From Pyrinomonadaceae bacterium MAG19_C2-C3 (GTDB lineage: Bacteria; Acidobacteriota; Blastocatellia; Pyrinomonadales; Pyrinomonadaceae), in contig JANDLT010000024.1 in NCBI GenBank assembly GCA_024330265.1, forward strand, positions 509 to 64,508: a DNA stretch of 64,000 nucleotides, given 5' to 3'. Numbering within the stretch: the first letter of the stretch is position 1; every line of letters starts with the position of its first letter. Below, in pieces: positions 1-9,019 of the stretch. Made by a program: the position numbers and the translations under genes. The notes beneath the pieces were generated by a model that saw nothing but the letters and a program-made list of their open reading frames with translations, was not told the DNA's origin and made no database searches.

Positions 1-447
1 ACCGATTTTATGGTGCGAAGTGCCGAGATTGCTGATGAGCGTCGCGTCCATCGGGGTTAAGCTTAGCGCGCGTGTGAAGCTTTCGATGCCCGCCACATAC
101 TGCCCGGTCTTGTAGTACGCCTCACCGAGTGCTTTATGCGCCCTCGCGTTGTCGGGTTTGAGTTCGATGGCTCGCCGCAAGGGGCTGATGGATTCTTCGT
201 GTCGTCCCAACTCGTAGAACGCGATTCCCAAGTTGATATGCGCCTCGACCATCGCGGGGTCGAGGTTGATGGCTTGACGGAAACTCTTAATCGCTTCCTC
301 GTAGTTCTTGTCCAAGCCGAGTTGCGCGCCGCGATTGTTGTGAGCGACGGCGTCGAGCGGCGTCGCTTCGCCGGTCGCAGCGCGCGTGCCGGTGACGCAG
401 AGGAACAAGAACAGTGCAATCGAAATAACAGGGTATAACTTCTTCAT
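1..447 (-). CDS. Exported TPR-repeat protein (3' end lies outside the window)
   Basis: Absent from the ORF track because there is no stop inside the window. Reverse translation from the ATG at 447-445 gives MKKLYPVISIALFLFLCVTGTRAATGE (signal peptide). TPR-like units follow (AHNNRGAQLGLDKNYEEAIKSFRQAINLDP; AHINLGIAFYELGRHEESISPLRRAIELKP; AHKALGEAYYKTGQY). Track ORFs 63..419(-) and 136..438(+) are off-frame shadows of this gene. Confidence 0.75.
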   Translation of the reverse strand, partial: MKKLYPVISIALFLFLCVTGTRAATGEATPLDAVAHNNRGAQLGLDKNYEEAIKSFRQAINLDPAMVEAHINLGIAFYELGRHEESISPLRRAIELKPDNARAHKALGEAYYKTGQYVAGIESFTRALSLTPMDATLISNLGTSHHKIG

Positions 448-498
448 AATTCACCTTTCAATCTTCGGGCGTGCTTACTTGCGATAAGGGCGGCGCGG

Positions 499-912
499 TC
501 ATGCGTCCGCTTCGCCGCGTGAATCGCGCGCCGGGTCGTGTGGGGAAATCCCGTAGCGTTTAATCATCGAGTTCAGTGTCGTTACGCCTAATCCGAGCAG
601 GCGCGCGGCGCGAATCTGATGACCGTCCGTGAGGACAAGTGCCTGACGAATTAAATCAGCCTCGAAGCGGCGCACCTCGTCGTAGAAATCAACGCCTTCC
701 GCGACATCGACGTTCGACTTGGCGATGCTGATAGATTTGATTTCTTGCATGAAGGAGCGCGCTATCGCTTGCAACTTATCGAGTCGCGTGATGAGTGCCG
801 CGTCCTCCGCCGTGTGCCGACGGGTGGTATCCCCGCCGACGATCTTGAGCCGATTATCTTCTCCATGCGGAGCCGGATAAGTGCGCTCCGCGACCGCCGT
901 ATTCTCTTTCAT
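499..912 (-). CDS. Fis-family helix-turn-helix DNA-binding protein
   Basis: The C-terminus FEADLIRQALVLTDGHQIRAARLLGLGVTTLNSMIKRYGI matches the Fis/NtrC-type HTH_8 pattern. There is no AAA+ or receiver domain. Confidence 0.6.
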   Translation of the reverse strand: MKENTAVAERTYPAPHGEDNRLKIVGGDTTRRHTAEDAALITRLDKLQAIARSFMQEIKSISIAKSNVDVAEGVDFYDEVRRFEADLIRQALVLTDGHQIRAARLLGLGVTTLNSMIKRYGISPHDPARDSRGEADA

Positions 913-1226
913 AACCTTCTGTCCACCTCGAATCTAAGTCTTTCAATTGACGTGTGGGACGCGCCGTCGAAATGCCTCGCGGGTGAGCGTCCACGCCTTC
1001 TGACACGCGAGTTTAGGCATTTGCTCGGATGTGGCAACGAAAATGTGACGAGGTGTCGTGAGTTGTGACGAGCCGTGTCACGGGCGTGACGGGAGCGAAG
1101 ACGAATAGATGATTATCCTAGCCGCCGCCGCAATCTCCGGCGTGAGCAAGCACACTTCGGCGCGCCCGCGTTGATGCGGCGCGAAGTCTTTGCGTCAGTA
1201 TGGCGACGCATCGTTTCGGCAAGCCC

Positions 1227-2015
1227 TTAGGCTTGGTCGTCAAATGAGCGTAGAACTTTGTCGCGGTAGGTACGGCTGAGGGTGAGTTCAGTATTGTCGT
1301 GGAGGATGACTGTGTAGTCGCCGCTGAACATCGGATGTAGTTCCTTGATGCGTGCGACGTGGACGAGCGTCGAGCGGTGTATGCGTAGAAACTTGTCGGG
1401 GTCGAGGCGCGAGGCGAGGCGATTCATCGTTTCGCGTATGAGGTGAAATTCCTTGCCCGCGTGGAGACGGACGTAGTTGCCTTCCGCGCTGACCCATATA
1501 ATGTCGTCGGTGTGCAAGAAGAAGACCCGTCCGCCTTCCTTGACCATAAGTCGTTCCAGATACTTTTGCTTTGGCTTGACGTGCTTGAGCAGCGTGAGAA
1601 GTTGTTGGTTGAGGTTTGCGCCCGGATCGTTGGCGTGCAGCCCGACGCGCGCGCGTTCGAGCGCGCGGCTGAAGCGTTCGCGGTTGTAGGGTTTGAGGAG
1701 GTAATCGAGCGCGCTGAAGTCGAAGGCTTTGAGCGCGTACTCGTCGTAAGCGGTGACGAAGATGACGGCGGGCGCATTCTCGACTCCGACGTGTGCGAGT
1801 ACGCCGAAGCCGTCGAGTTCCGGGAGTTGGATGTCGAGGAAGACGAGTTCCGGTTCGAGTTCGCGTATCGCTTCGACCGCTTCAAGTCCGTCGCCGCATT
1901 CGCCGACAATCGTGATGTCGCTTTCTTCTTCGAGAAATCTTCGGATGCGTTCGCGCGCGAGTTCCTCGTCGTCAACAATCAAGGTTCGGATCGGTCGTGT
2001 CATGTTCAGAATCAC
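1227..2015 (-). CDS. LytR/AlgR-family response regulator (receiver + LytTR DNA-binding domain)
   Basis: Receiver motifs are present (IRTLIVDDEELARERI, ELVFLDIQLPELDGF, KP). The C-terminal LytTR-like region reads IIWVSAEGNYVRLH...HRSTLVHV. It overlaps the upstream kinase gene. Confidence 0.9.
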   Translation of the reverse strand: MILNMTRPIRTLIVDDEELARERIRRFLEEESDITIVGECGDGLEAVEAIRELEPELVFLDIQLPELDGFGVLAHVGVENAPAVIFVTAYDEYALKAFDFSALDYLLKPYNRERFSRALERARVGLHANDPGANLNQQLLTLLKHVKPKQKYLERLMVKEGGRVFFLHTDDIIWVSAEGNYVRLHAGKEFHLIRETMNRLASRLDPDKFLRIHRSTLVHVARIKELHPMFSGDYTVILHDNTELTLSRTYRDKVLRSFDDQA

Positions 2016-3135
2016 CTTCTTCGCGGAACGGAATTCGTATGCACACGGTCAATCCGTGCGGCGAAGCGGGGAGTATCTCGAAACGACTTTCCGCACCGTA
2101 GAGATGCGCGAGCCGCGCGCGCGTGTTCGACAGCCCGACGCCGCCTTTCTTACTTACGCCGGAATCGCCGTTTCCGTTTCCGAAATTCTTGCGTCTCTCC
2201 ATATCGTCAATTCCGAGACCGCGACCCGTGTCGGAGACACTCAGTTGCAGCACACCATCGTGACGCTCGGCTTCGACGCAGACGCGCCCGCCTGCGGCGC
2301 ACGGTGCAATGCCGTGCTTGACGGCGTTCTCGACCAAAGGTTGCAAGAGCATGTTCGGAACTTGCGCGTCGAGCGTCTCGGGTGCGATGTGCATTTCAAT
2401 TTGCAGACGGCTCCCCATACGTGTTCGCTCAATCGCAAGATATCGTTCCAAAAATTCCAATTCTTGCTTGAGCGAAACTTCCTGCACGCCCGTCTTGTCG
2501 AGCGTCGAGCGCAGCATGTCGCTTAATTGCGTAATCATTTCGTCGGCGACTTCCGGGTCTTTGTGTATGAGTTCGGTGATGACGTTCAAGGTGTTAAAGA
2601 GGAAGTGCGGGTTGAGCTGCATCTTTAAGGCTTGCAGTTGCGCTTGGGCGAGGCGGGTTTCGAGGTGCGCCGCGCGGAGCAAGCCGTCCTGATAGCGCGT
2701 GTAGTAATCGTAGGCGTGGTTGAGAAGGACAATCGTCCAGTAGATGAAGACCACCCTATCGAACGATAAGAGAAGAAGCCGCGAAACGGCAGCGAGCGTG
2801 ATTCCGTTCACTCCTCTTCCGAACCACAAGTCTATGACGATATGAACCGATGTCACCATGCTCGAAAACAGGAAACTAGCGAGTAGGTGGAACGCCAATC
2901 GGCGTGACCAGTTGCGACGCTCAATCTGGTAGCGACGCGCGATCCAGATCACGAGCGGGGTACTGACGGCGAGTACAAGGTGAGCACTCATCTGCCAGAT
3001 GAAAGCTGTGACGAACGGCACGTTGCGCCCGATGACAACCGAGCTGAAGTAAATCTGGCTCGAAGCGAGGAGACCCAGCAGTGTCCAGATGCCGAAGATC
3101 AACACCCATCGAATTGATTTGCGTTGCTGTACCAT
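1972..3135 (-). CDS. LytS/YehU-type sensor histidine kinase
   Basis: Multi-pass membrane N-terminus. The His_kinase box LNPHFLFNTLNVI and the HATPase_c motifs LLQPLVENAVKHG and DTGRGL are present. The start is taken at MVQQRK (3135). The track ORF extends to 3243. Confidence 0.85.
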   Translation of the reverse strand: MVQQRKSIRWVLIFGIWTLLGLLASSQIYFSSVVIGRNVPFVTAFIWQMSAHLVLAVSTPLVIWIARRYQIERRNWSRRLAFHLLASFLFSSMVTSVHIVIDLWFGRGVNGITLAAVSRLLLLSFDRVVFIYWTIVLLNHAYDYYTRYQDGLLRAAHLETRLAQAQLQALKMQLNPHFLFNTLNVITELIHKDPEVADEMITQLSDMLRSTLDKTGVQEVSLKQELEFLERYLAIERTRMGSRLQIEMHIAPETLDAQVPNMLLQPLVENAVKHGIAPCAAGGRVCVEAERHDGVLQLSVSDTGRGLGIDDMERRKNFGNGNGDSGVSKKGGVGLSNTRARLAHLYGAESRFEILPASPHGLTVCIRIPFREEGDSEHDTTDPNLDC

Positions 3136-3302
3136 TTTCCTCTTTCCCCTTCCGGTCAACGATACGAGCCGTTTAACGCCGCACGGACGGCGTGTGACGT
3201 TGATACACACCAATTTACAACAAATACAAAGGGAGGGCAGCATGATGCTGCCCTCCGAACATCGTTATGCACACGGCATTTGAACGACTGAAAGCGTTGC
3301 GG

Positions 3303-6300
3303 TTAGAAATTGAATCGTAACGCGAGTTGAACTACACGGGCGTTGGCGTTGAAGACGCGGTTCGGACGGTTGAAATCCGCGCGCCCGACCGTGTTGATGT
3401 CCGAGACACCCGTGGTCGCAACGGGCGAAACGTCGTTGATTGAACCCGGAATGAACTGCGCGTGATTCAAGGCGTTGAAGAGGTCGGCGCGCAGTTGAAT
3501 CCGCCGCACTTCACCGAAGCGGAAGTTCTTGAAGATTGAAAAGTCGAAGTTGTTGATTCCCGGCAGTTGTAAGGTGTTGCGCGCGGAGTTCGAGATTGCG
3601 CCGAAGCCTGTTTGTATGTACTCGGCATTCGGATTATCCGCGAGGTAGCCGACGACCTGACCGGCACTGTTGGTGAGCGGCGTTACAAGGCTGCTCGTGC
3701 CGCGCACGCCCGCAGGGTTTCTGATTGTGCGGTCAGCCGCGCTGTCGCCGTTCAAGTTCGAATCTATGCCGGAGAGTACGGTCGCCTTCTGTCCCGACTC
3801 GGCACTGTATGTGCCGACGAATTGGAAGCCGCCGAGAACTGTACGCAAGAAACGGCTGTCGCTCGTGCGGAAGAAAGGTAACTCGTAACCGGCGGAAAGG
3901 ATGAAGCGGTGGCGGCGGTCGAGTGCCGAATCAGCACGTTCGCGGCGCAGATTTTGGAAGTCTTCGACGCGGCGCGGAGAGAGGACGGTCGAGAAAACCT
4001 CGGCGGTCGTGTCGTCAATGAGGTGCGACCACGTGTAGGCGGCGGTCGCTTGAAAGTCATCGGCGAAGCGGCGCGTGAGTTGCGCGCTGCCCGCGTGGTA
4101 AGTCGAGTTGCCGTTCGAGAGGAAACCGACGAGGCTCGTCTGATTGAACCCGGCTTGTGCGTAAGCGGGGACGAAGTTTGAACGCGCGTTGATTGCATCG
4201 AGCGTCAGGGTGAGCGCGTCGAGTTGCGTTTGCGTCGGTGCGGTGAAGAACGTCGGCAAGCCGCCGATTTCGGGCGAGGCTTTCGCTTGACGGTTGATGC
4301 GGTTTTGCGTCAGGAGGTGTACGCCGCGCGTGCCTAGATAGCGCAACTCGAAAGCGTAGTCCTTGAGGAACTGCCGTTGGAAACCCAGCGTGTAGGTTAT
4401 CGAATAAGGCACTTCCTGGTCGGGGATGAACGAGGCAGTGACGGCGCGCGCAGACGCCGGATCGGTCAAGCCGCTGGTCGTGACGTTCGGGATGCCGCCC
4501 GCGGCGAGGAAGTTAGGCGTCGTCACGGACGTATCGAGGTCAACGGTCTGTTGCGTCTGCGGCGGCAAGGAGAGGATGTAAAGATTGTCGAAGATGTAAT
4601 CGTAGCCGAGCGAGAAACCCGCGCGAATCGAACTCTTGCCGCTTGTGCCGAAGACGCGCCCGAGCAACCCGGAGTTGAAGTCAGGCGAGTAAGCCAAGCC
4701 GACCTTCGGCGCAAAGTTCTTCAACTGTTCTTTCGGTTCGCGGAACTCGACGAGACCGGGTACCGTCGAGATGGCGTTTAAAGCTTGCAGGTTCGCGCCG
4801 AGCGGCACCTCCTGATAGTTATAGGTCAGCCCCAGATTGAAGGTCAGATTCGGGCGCACGCGCCAATCGTCTTGCGCGTAGAGATAGAGGACTTTCTGGT
4901 TGCCCGCGTAGGGCGACGCGCCGACGGAGCGTTGCGCGAGGTCGTCGGGACTGATGTCGCGCAGGAAGCGTTCGGTCGTGTTGTAGATGTAGTCGCCGCG
5001 CGAGCGTTGCACGAAGGTTTGCGGCGAAATCAATTTGCGGAAGTCACCGCCGAACTTGAGCGAGTGATTTCCGGCGAGTATGCTCAGGTTGTTGACGACT
5101 TGATAGTTGTTTTCGACTTCGGACTGCGGCGCGTTCTCGTTGGGTCCGATGTTGAGCGCGCCCAAATCTTCGAGCGTGATGTTCGGGAAGGCGTCGAGAC
5201 CGGGAAACGTTTGTGTGCCTGCGGGAATGTCGCTGATGGAGCGGCGGTAAGCGAGGCGCGTCTCGTTCGTGACGTTCGTCGAGAAGTTGTGGACGAGCGT
5301 GTAGGAGAAGAGGCGTTGTTGACCCGGTGAAAGCGTAAAGAACTGCGTTAGCGGCGCGGTCGTGTCGATGTCGAAATTGTTCGTATAGTTGAATCGCGCG
5401 CGGTGCTGCGTGTTCTGGCTCTGTATGAAGTCGAGGTTGAGGATGAAGTGGTTTTGCCGCAGATAGTTCGGGGCGGCGAATGCTACTGTGCCAAGCGGGA
5501 TGTCCACGCCGCCGATTTGGAACGGGTTGTCCGGGTCACGCGGGATGTTGTTGACGGGCGCGACGGGAACGAAAGTGTTGAAGACCGAAAGGTTCGTCTG
5601 CGACAGACCCGGCAGCGAGTTGATGATGCGAAAGCCTTCGGCGGTCGGGGCGGTAACGCCCGCGGGCGACGCCGCGCTGCCTAACTGAAGGCGTTCATAC
5701 GCCGTGAAGAAAAACAGCTTGTCGCGCAAGACCGTGAACGCCGGTTTGCCTCCGGCGTCCGAGCGCGGCACGACGACGGGACCGCCGAAGCGGAAGCCGA
5801 AGCGACCGAAGTCCGAACGGGGCAGGAACTCCGTACCCGGCACGTTCCGCTCACGCACGATGCCCGCCTCTTTCTGGAAGGGTTCGAGCGCGTTCAGATA
5901 GCGATTGCGGATGAAGCCGAAGAGTGAGCCGCTGAAGTCGTTTGTGCCAGATCGCGTGACGGTGATGAACTGCCCGCCGTTGGAGCGCGCAAACTCTGCC
6001 GAGAACTGATTCTGCAAAAGGGAAAACTCTTGTACGACTTCCGGCGAAACATAAACCTGCGGACCCGTCACCGACTTGTCGTTGTTGTCCACGCCGTCAA
6101 CGATAAAGTTGTTGTTGCGCGGACGCTGTCCGCCGACCGAGCCGCCCGTGCCGACGCCGACACCGCCCGAAGACGAAACGTTCGGCGCGAGCAGCGAGAG
6201 GTTGTTGACGCCGCCGCCGAACGCGCCGCCAACGTTCGTCTGCGCGAGTTCGACGACTTGCCGTTCGCTGAAACTTTTCGAGAGCGTCGTGGTCGTCGTG

Positions 6301-6704
6301 TCGACCAGTTCAGCACCGCCCGCAGAGACTTCGACGGTTTCCGTCGCGCCGCCGATTTCGAGACTCGTCGGTATGTCTGTCGTCTGATTCAACTCGACGC
6401 GCACATCGCTCAACGTGAGCGTCTTAAAACTCGGTGCTTCGATTGTGATTGAGTATTCGCCCGGCGGCAGATCGCTAAACTGATATTCTCCGTCGCCGGT
6501 CGTCTGCGCGGTTGAGGTGGCGTTCGTGCTTTCGTTCTTGATAGTGACCGTCGCGCTTGCGACGACCGCGCCGGTCGGGTCAAGAACTCTGCCGCGCACG
6601 TTCCCCGTCGTCTGCTGGGCGAATAGCGGCGCGGCACAGAGGAAGATAAAAGCCGCGACGCGCGTGAAGCCGTTTATACCCGTTAATAATTTCATCATCA
6701 GCAC
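3303..6704 (-). CDS. TonB-dependent receptor with N-terminal carboxypeptidase-regulatory-like domain
   Basis: Signal peptide, then GNVRGRVLDPTGAVVASATVTIKN...GEYQFSDLPPGEYSITIEAPSFKT (CarboxypepD_reg pattern). Long beta-barrel region and a C-terminal aromatic residue (LALRFNF). Confidence 0.9.
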   Translation of the reverse strand: MLMMKLLTGINGFTRVAAFIFLCAAPLFAQQTTGNVRGRVLDPTGAVVASATVTIKNESTNATSTAQTTGDGEYQFSDLPPGEYSITIEAPSFKTLTLSDVRVELNQTTDIPTSLEIGGATETVEVSAGGAELVDTTTTTLSKSFSERQVVELAQTNVGGAFGGGVNNLSLLAPNVSSSGGVGVGTGGSVGGQRPRNNNFIVDGVDNNDKSVTGPQVYVSPEVVQEFSLLQNQFSAEFARSNGGQFITVTRSGTNDFSGSLFGFIRNRYLNALEPFQKEAGIVRERNVPGTEFLPRSDFGRFGFRFGGPVVVPRSDAGGKPAFTVLRDKLFFFTAYERLQLGSAASPAGVTAPTAEGFRIINSLPGLSQTNLSVFNTFVPVAPVNNIPRDPDNPFQIGGVDIPLGTVAFAAPNYLRQNHFILNLDFIQSQNTQHRARFNYTNNFDIDTTAPLTQFFTLSPGQQRLFSYTLVHNFSTNVTNETRLAYRRSISDIPAGTQTFPGLDAFPNITLEDLGALNIGPNENAPQSEVENNYQVVNNLSILAGNHSLKFGGDFRKLISPQTFVQRSRGDYIYNTTERFLRDISPDDLAQRSVGASPYAGNQKVLYLYAQDDWRVRPNLTFNLGLTYNYQEVPLGANLQALNAISTVPGLVEFREPKEQLKNFAPKVGLAYSPDFNSGLLGRVFGTSGKSSIRAGFSLGYDYIFDNLYILSLPPQTQQTVDLDTSVTTPNFLAAGGIPNVTTSGLTDPASARAVTASFIPDQEVPYSITYTLGFQRQFLKDYAFELRYLGTRGVHLLTQNRINRQAKASPEIGGLPTFFTAPTQTQLDALTLTLDAINARSNFVPAYAQAGFNQTSLVGFLSNGNSTYHAGSAQLTRRFADDFQATAAYTWSHLIDDTTAEVFSTVLSPRRVEDFQNLRRERADSALDRRHRFILSAGYELPFFRTSDSRFLRTVLGGFQFVGTYSAESGQKATVLSGIDSNLNGDSAADRTIRNPAGVRGTSSLVTPLTNSAGQVVGYLADNPNAEYIQTGFGAISNSARNTLQLPGINNFDFSIFKNFRFGEVRRIQLRADLFNALNHAQFIPGSINDVSPVATTGVSDINTVGRADFNRPNRVFNANARVVQLALRFNF

Positions 6705-6776
6705 TCCTTAATGCGATTCACGTCCTGCTCTTTAGGAGCCTTCCAAGAATCTGGAAATTGAGATTCAAATGGAAAA

Positions 6777-6801
6777 GGAAGCAGTCCGTGTGACTGCTTC
6801 C
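6777..6801 (-). terminator. Intrinsic-terminator-like hairpin in the 5' leader of the receptor gene
   Basis: Perfect 10-bp stem (ggaagcagtc / gactgcttcc) with a 5-nt loop. On the minus strand it is followed by TTTTCCATTT. It lies about 70 nt upstream of the ATG at 6704. Confidence 0.4.
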
Positions 6802-7047
6802 TTCGTGTGATAAGCGCAAGCGATGTGCCGTTCGATGTACCGACACCTAAGTCATAGTGGTTGTGTTGCCGACTTCGCAAGGCGCACGGCGCGCGAGTTG
6901 AATTTCATCGGAAGAATCGGATGTGAGCATCTGGAAAATTGAATCTGCGGGGGCAGCACTTTTCCGAAAGAATGGAATTCGTCGCGCGCCGCGTTAGCTT
7001 AACGGGCGAATATCAGAATAGATTTTGTTGTGAGTAGAACTATCTTG

Positions 7048-7201
7048 AAGCTATCTCAAAAATGATTTCTCTCTCTGCGGAACTCTGCGTCCGCCCTCTG
7101 CGGAACTCTGCGTCAAAAAGGTTTTTAACGCAGAGTTCCGCAGAGTTGAAGACGCAGAGAATCGCAGAGAGAGAAATCAAAAGCTATTTTTGAGATAGCT
7201 T
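7048..7201. repeat. Imperfect palindrome of about 154 bp whose arms are built from CTCTGCG(GAA) tandem motifs
   Basis: Left arm aagctatctcaaaaatgatttctctctctgcggaactctgcgt... pairs with right arm ...acgcagagttccgcagag...cagagagagaaatcaaaagctatttttgagatagctt. Confidence 0.8.
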
Positions 7202-7331
7202 GTTACCATTCAAAATATAGCTTTGGTTACCGCTAAAAGCGTTCTGTTGACAGACGCAAATCAGTCGGATTGGGCTAAACTGAGATAGTCCTAATTTGCA
7301 AGACGGTTACAGCCAACCAACAAAAACCATT

Positions 7332-7949
7332 ATGAAAATCAATCGCTCAACCGCGCTGTTTATCTTTTTAGCAACCGCCGTGATTTCAACCACAAGTGTT
7401 AACGCCACGGCGCAAACACAAGACAATTCACCGGCGGCGACGGCAAGCCCGTCGCCACAGACGCAAACTCCGGCATCAACTCCGCCGGCGGCGAATCCGG
7501 CGGATGTCGCTTCAAGCGAAGCGATAATTGCCGCCGTGTATGACGTGATTTCGGGACCAATCGGGAAGAAGCGCGATTGGAATCGTATGCGTTCGCTGTT
7601 CATTCCTGAAGCGCGAATGATTCCCATCGTGCCACGAAAGTCGGGAGGCTTCGGGGCGCGTGTGGGGAGTGTCGAGGACTACATCAAAGGCTCCGGCAAC
7701 TACCTTGAAACGCAAGGCTTCTTCGAGACTGAAATCGCGCGCACCAGCGAGCGGTTCGGCAACATCGTTCACGTTTTCAGTACCTACGAATCTCGTCACA
7801 AAGCGGAAGACGCGAAGCCTTTCGCGCGCGGCATCAACAGCATTCAACTCATGTATGACGGCAAGCGTTGGTGGGTGATGACGATTGCATGGGAGACGGA
7901 ACGTCCTGATAATCCGCTGCCCGCAAAATATCTGCCGCAAGGTAAGTAG
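7332..7949 (+). CDS. Exported hypothetical protein (possibly NTF2/SnoaL-like fold)
   Basis: The start at MKINRSTALFIFLATAVISTTSVNATAQ gives a signal peptide. A low-complexity PAAT-rich linker and a globular domain of about 150 aa follow. The fold guess is weak. Confidence 0.6.
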   Translation: MKINRSTALFIFLATAVISTTSVNATAQTQDNSPAATASPSPQTQTPASTPPAANPADVASSEAIIAAVYDVISGPIGKKRDWNRMRSLFIPEARMIPIVPRKSGGFGARVGSVEDYIKGSGNYLETQGFFETEIARTSERFGNIVHVFSTYESRHKAEDAKPFARGINSIQLMYDGKRWWVMTIAWETERPDNPLPAKYLPQGK

Positions 7950-7980
7950 TTCTCCGGCGGTAATGAATCGAAACATTGCT

Positions 7981-9009
7981 TTACGTCGCTCCCGCGAGTT
8001 CACGCGCCGGTTCTCTCAATTCGCGCATGAGTTCCTCAAAGCCGTGAAGGTCAAGCGACTGCGGACCGTCGGAGAGGGCGCGTTCCGGGCAGGGATGCAC
8101 TTCAATCATCAACCCGTCAGCACCCGCGCCGATTGCCGCGCGTGACATGATGGGGATAAGGCTGCGGCGACCTGTTCCGTGACTCGGGTCGGCAATGACG
8201 GGTAAGTGTGATAACTCGCGTGCGAGGGCAACGGCGGAGAGGTCGAACGTGTTGCGTAGTTCATTATCAAACGTCTTGATGCCGCGCTCGCAAAGGACGA
8301 CGTTTGAGTTTCCGCCCGCGAGCAGATACTCGGCAGCCATGAGCCACTCTTTAACTGTTGCCGAAGGGCTGCGTTTAAGTAGAATCGGGCGCGGCGTCTT
8401 TGCCAGTCGTTTGAGCAGCACGAAGTTCTGCATGTTGCGCGCCCCGACCTGCAACATATCGGCGTGTTCGGCTACGCTGTCAACATCTTCTGTCCCCATA
8501 ATCTCCGTGACGACGGGCAAGCCGGTTTCACCGCGCGCTTCGCTTAGTATCTTTAAGGCTTCGACGCCCAAACCCTGAAACTCGTAAGGCGAAGTGCGCG
8601 GCTTATACGCTCCGCCGCGCAACATATTCGCTCCGGCTCGCTTCACGGCACGCGCCGCTTCAAAGAAGCCTTCGCGCGATTCGACCGAGCAGGGTCCGGC
8701 GATGATGACGACGCCTGTGCCGCCGAAGCGCACGCCGCAGACATCTACGACGGTGCGCTCGTGCCGCAGTTGCCGACTGACGAGCTTGAAGGGTTGCGCG
8801 ATGGGAATAATCTCTTCGACGCCGGGCGCGGCGCGCAAGGCTTCGAGTTCGCTACGGTGTCCACCACCGTCGCTGCTCTTGCCGACCGCGCCGATAATCG
8901 TGCGTTCGACTCCGCGTATTACATGCGCCTGATAACCGCATTCTTTGACTCGCTCGATGACGTGATTGATTTCCGCTTCCGTAGCATGGGCTGACATATT
9001 GACAATCAT
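7981..9009 (-). CDS. aroF: 3-deoxy-7-phosphoheptulonate (DAHP) synthase, type I-beta with N-terminal regulatory domain
   Basis: Motifs GPCSVES, KPRTSPYEFQG and DPSHGTG. The N-terminal extension of about 70 aa resembles the Thermotoga-type enzyme. Confidence 0.9.
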   Translation of the reverse strand: MIVNMSAHATEAEINHVIERVKECGYQAHVIRGVERTIIGAVGKSSDGGGHRSELEALRAAPGVEEIIPIAQPFKLVSRQLRHERTVVDVCGVRFGGTGVVIIAGPCSVESREGFFEAARAVKRAGANMLRGGAYKPRTSPYEFQGLGVEALKILSEARGETGLPVVTEIMGTEDVDSVAEHADMLQVGARNMQNFVLLKRLAKTPRPILLKRSPSATVKEWLMAAEYLLAGGNSNVVLCERGIKTFDNELRNTFDLSAVALARELSHLPVIADPSHGTGRRSLIPIMSRAAIGAGADGLMIEVHPCPERALSDGPQSLDLHGFEELMRELREPARELAGAT

Positions 9010-9019
9010 AACTTTTCCT

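Noticed and set aside
63-438. Track ORFs 63..419(-) and 136..438(+).
   Set aside because: The real gene is the minus-strand frame that starts at 447 and runs off the window (signal peptide plus TPR repeats). These two ORFs are alternative frames of it.
1040-1100. A cluster of GTGACG / CGTCAC motifs upstream of the Fis-type gene could be an operator array.
   Set aside because: The motifs are short hexamers in GC-rich DNA. I could establish no clear spacing or symmetry pattern, and no regulator can be assigned.
6802-7030. A cobalamin or other known riboswitch could lie upstream of the TonB-dependent receptor.
   Set aside because: I could not find a B12-box or any other riboswitch core motif that I recognise by eye. 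Only the terminator-like hairpin is reported.
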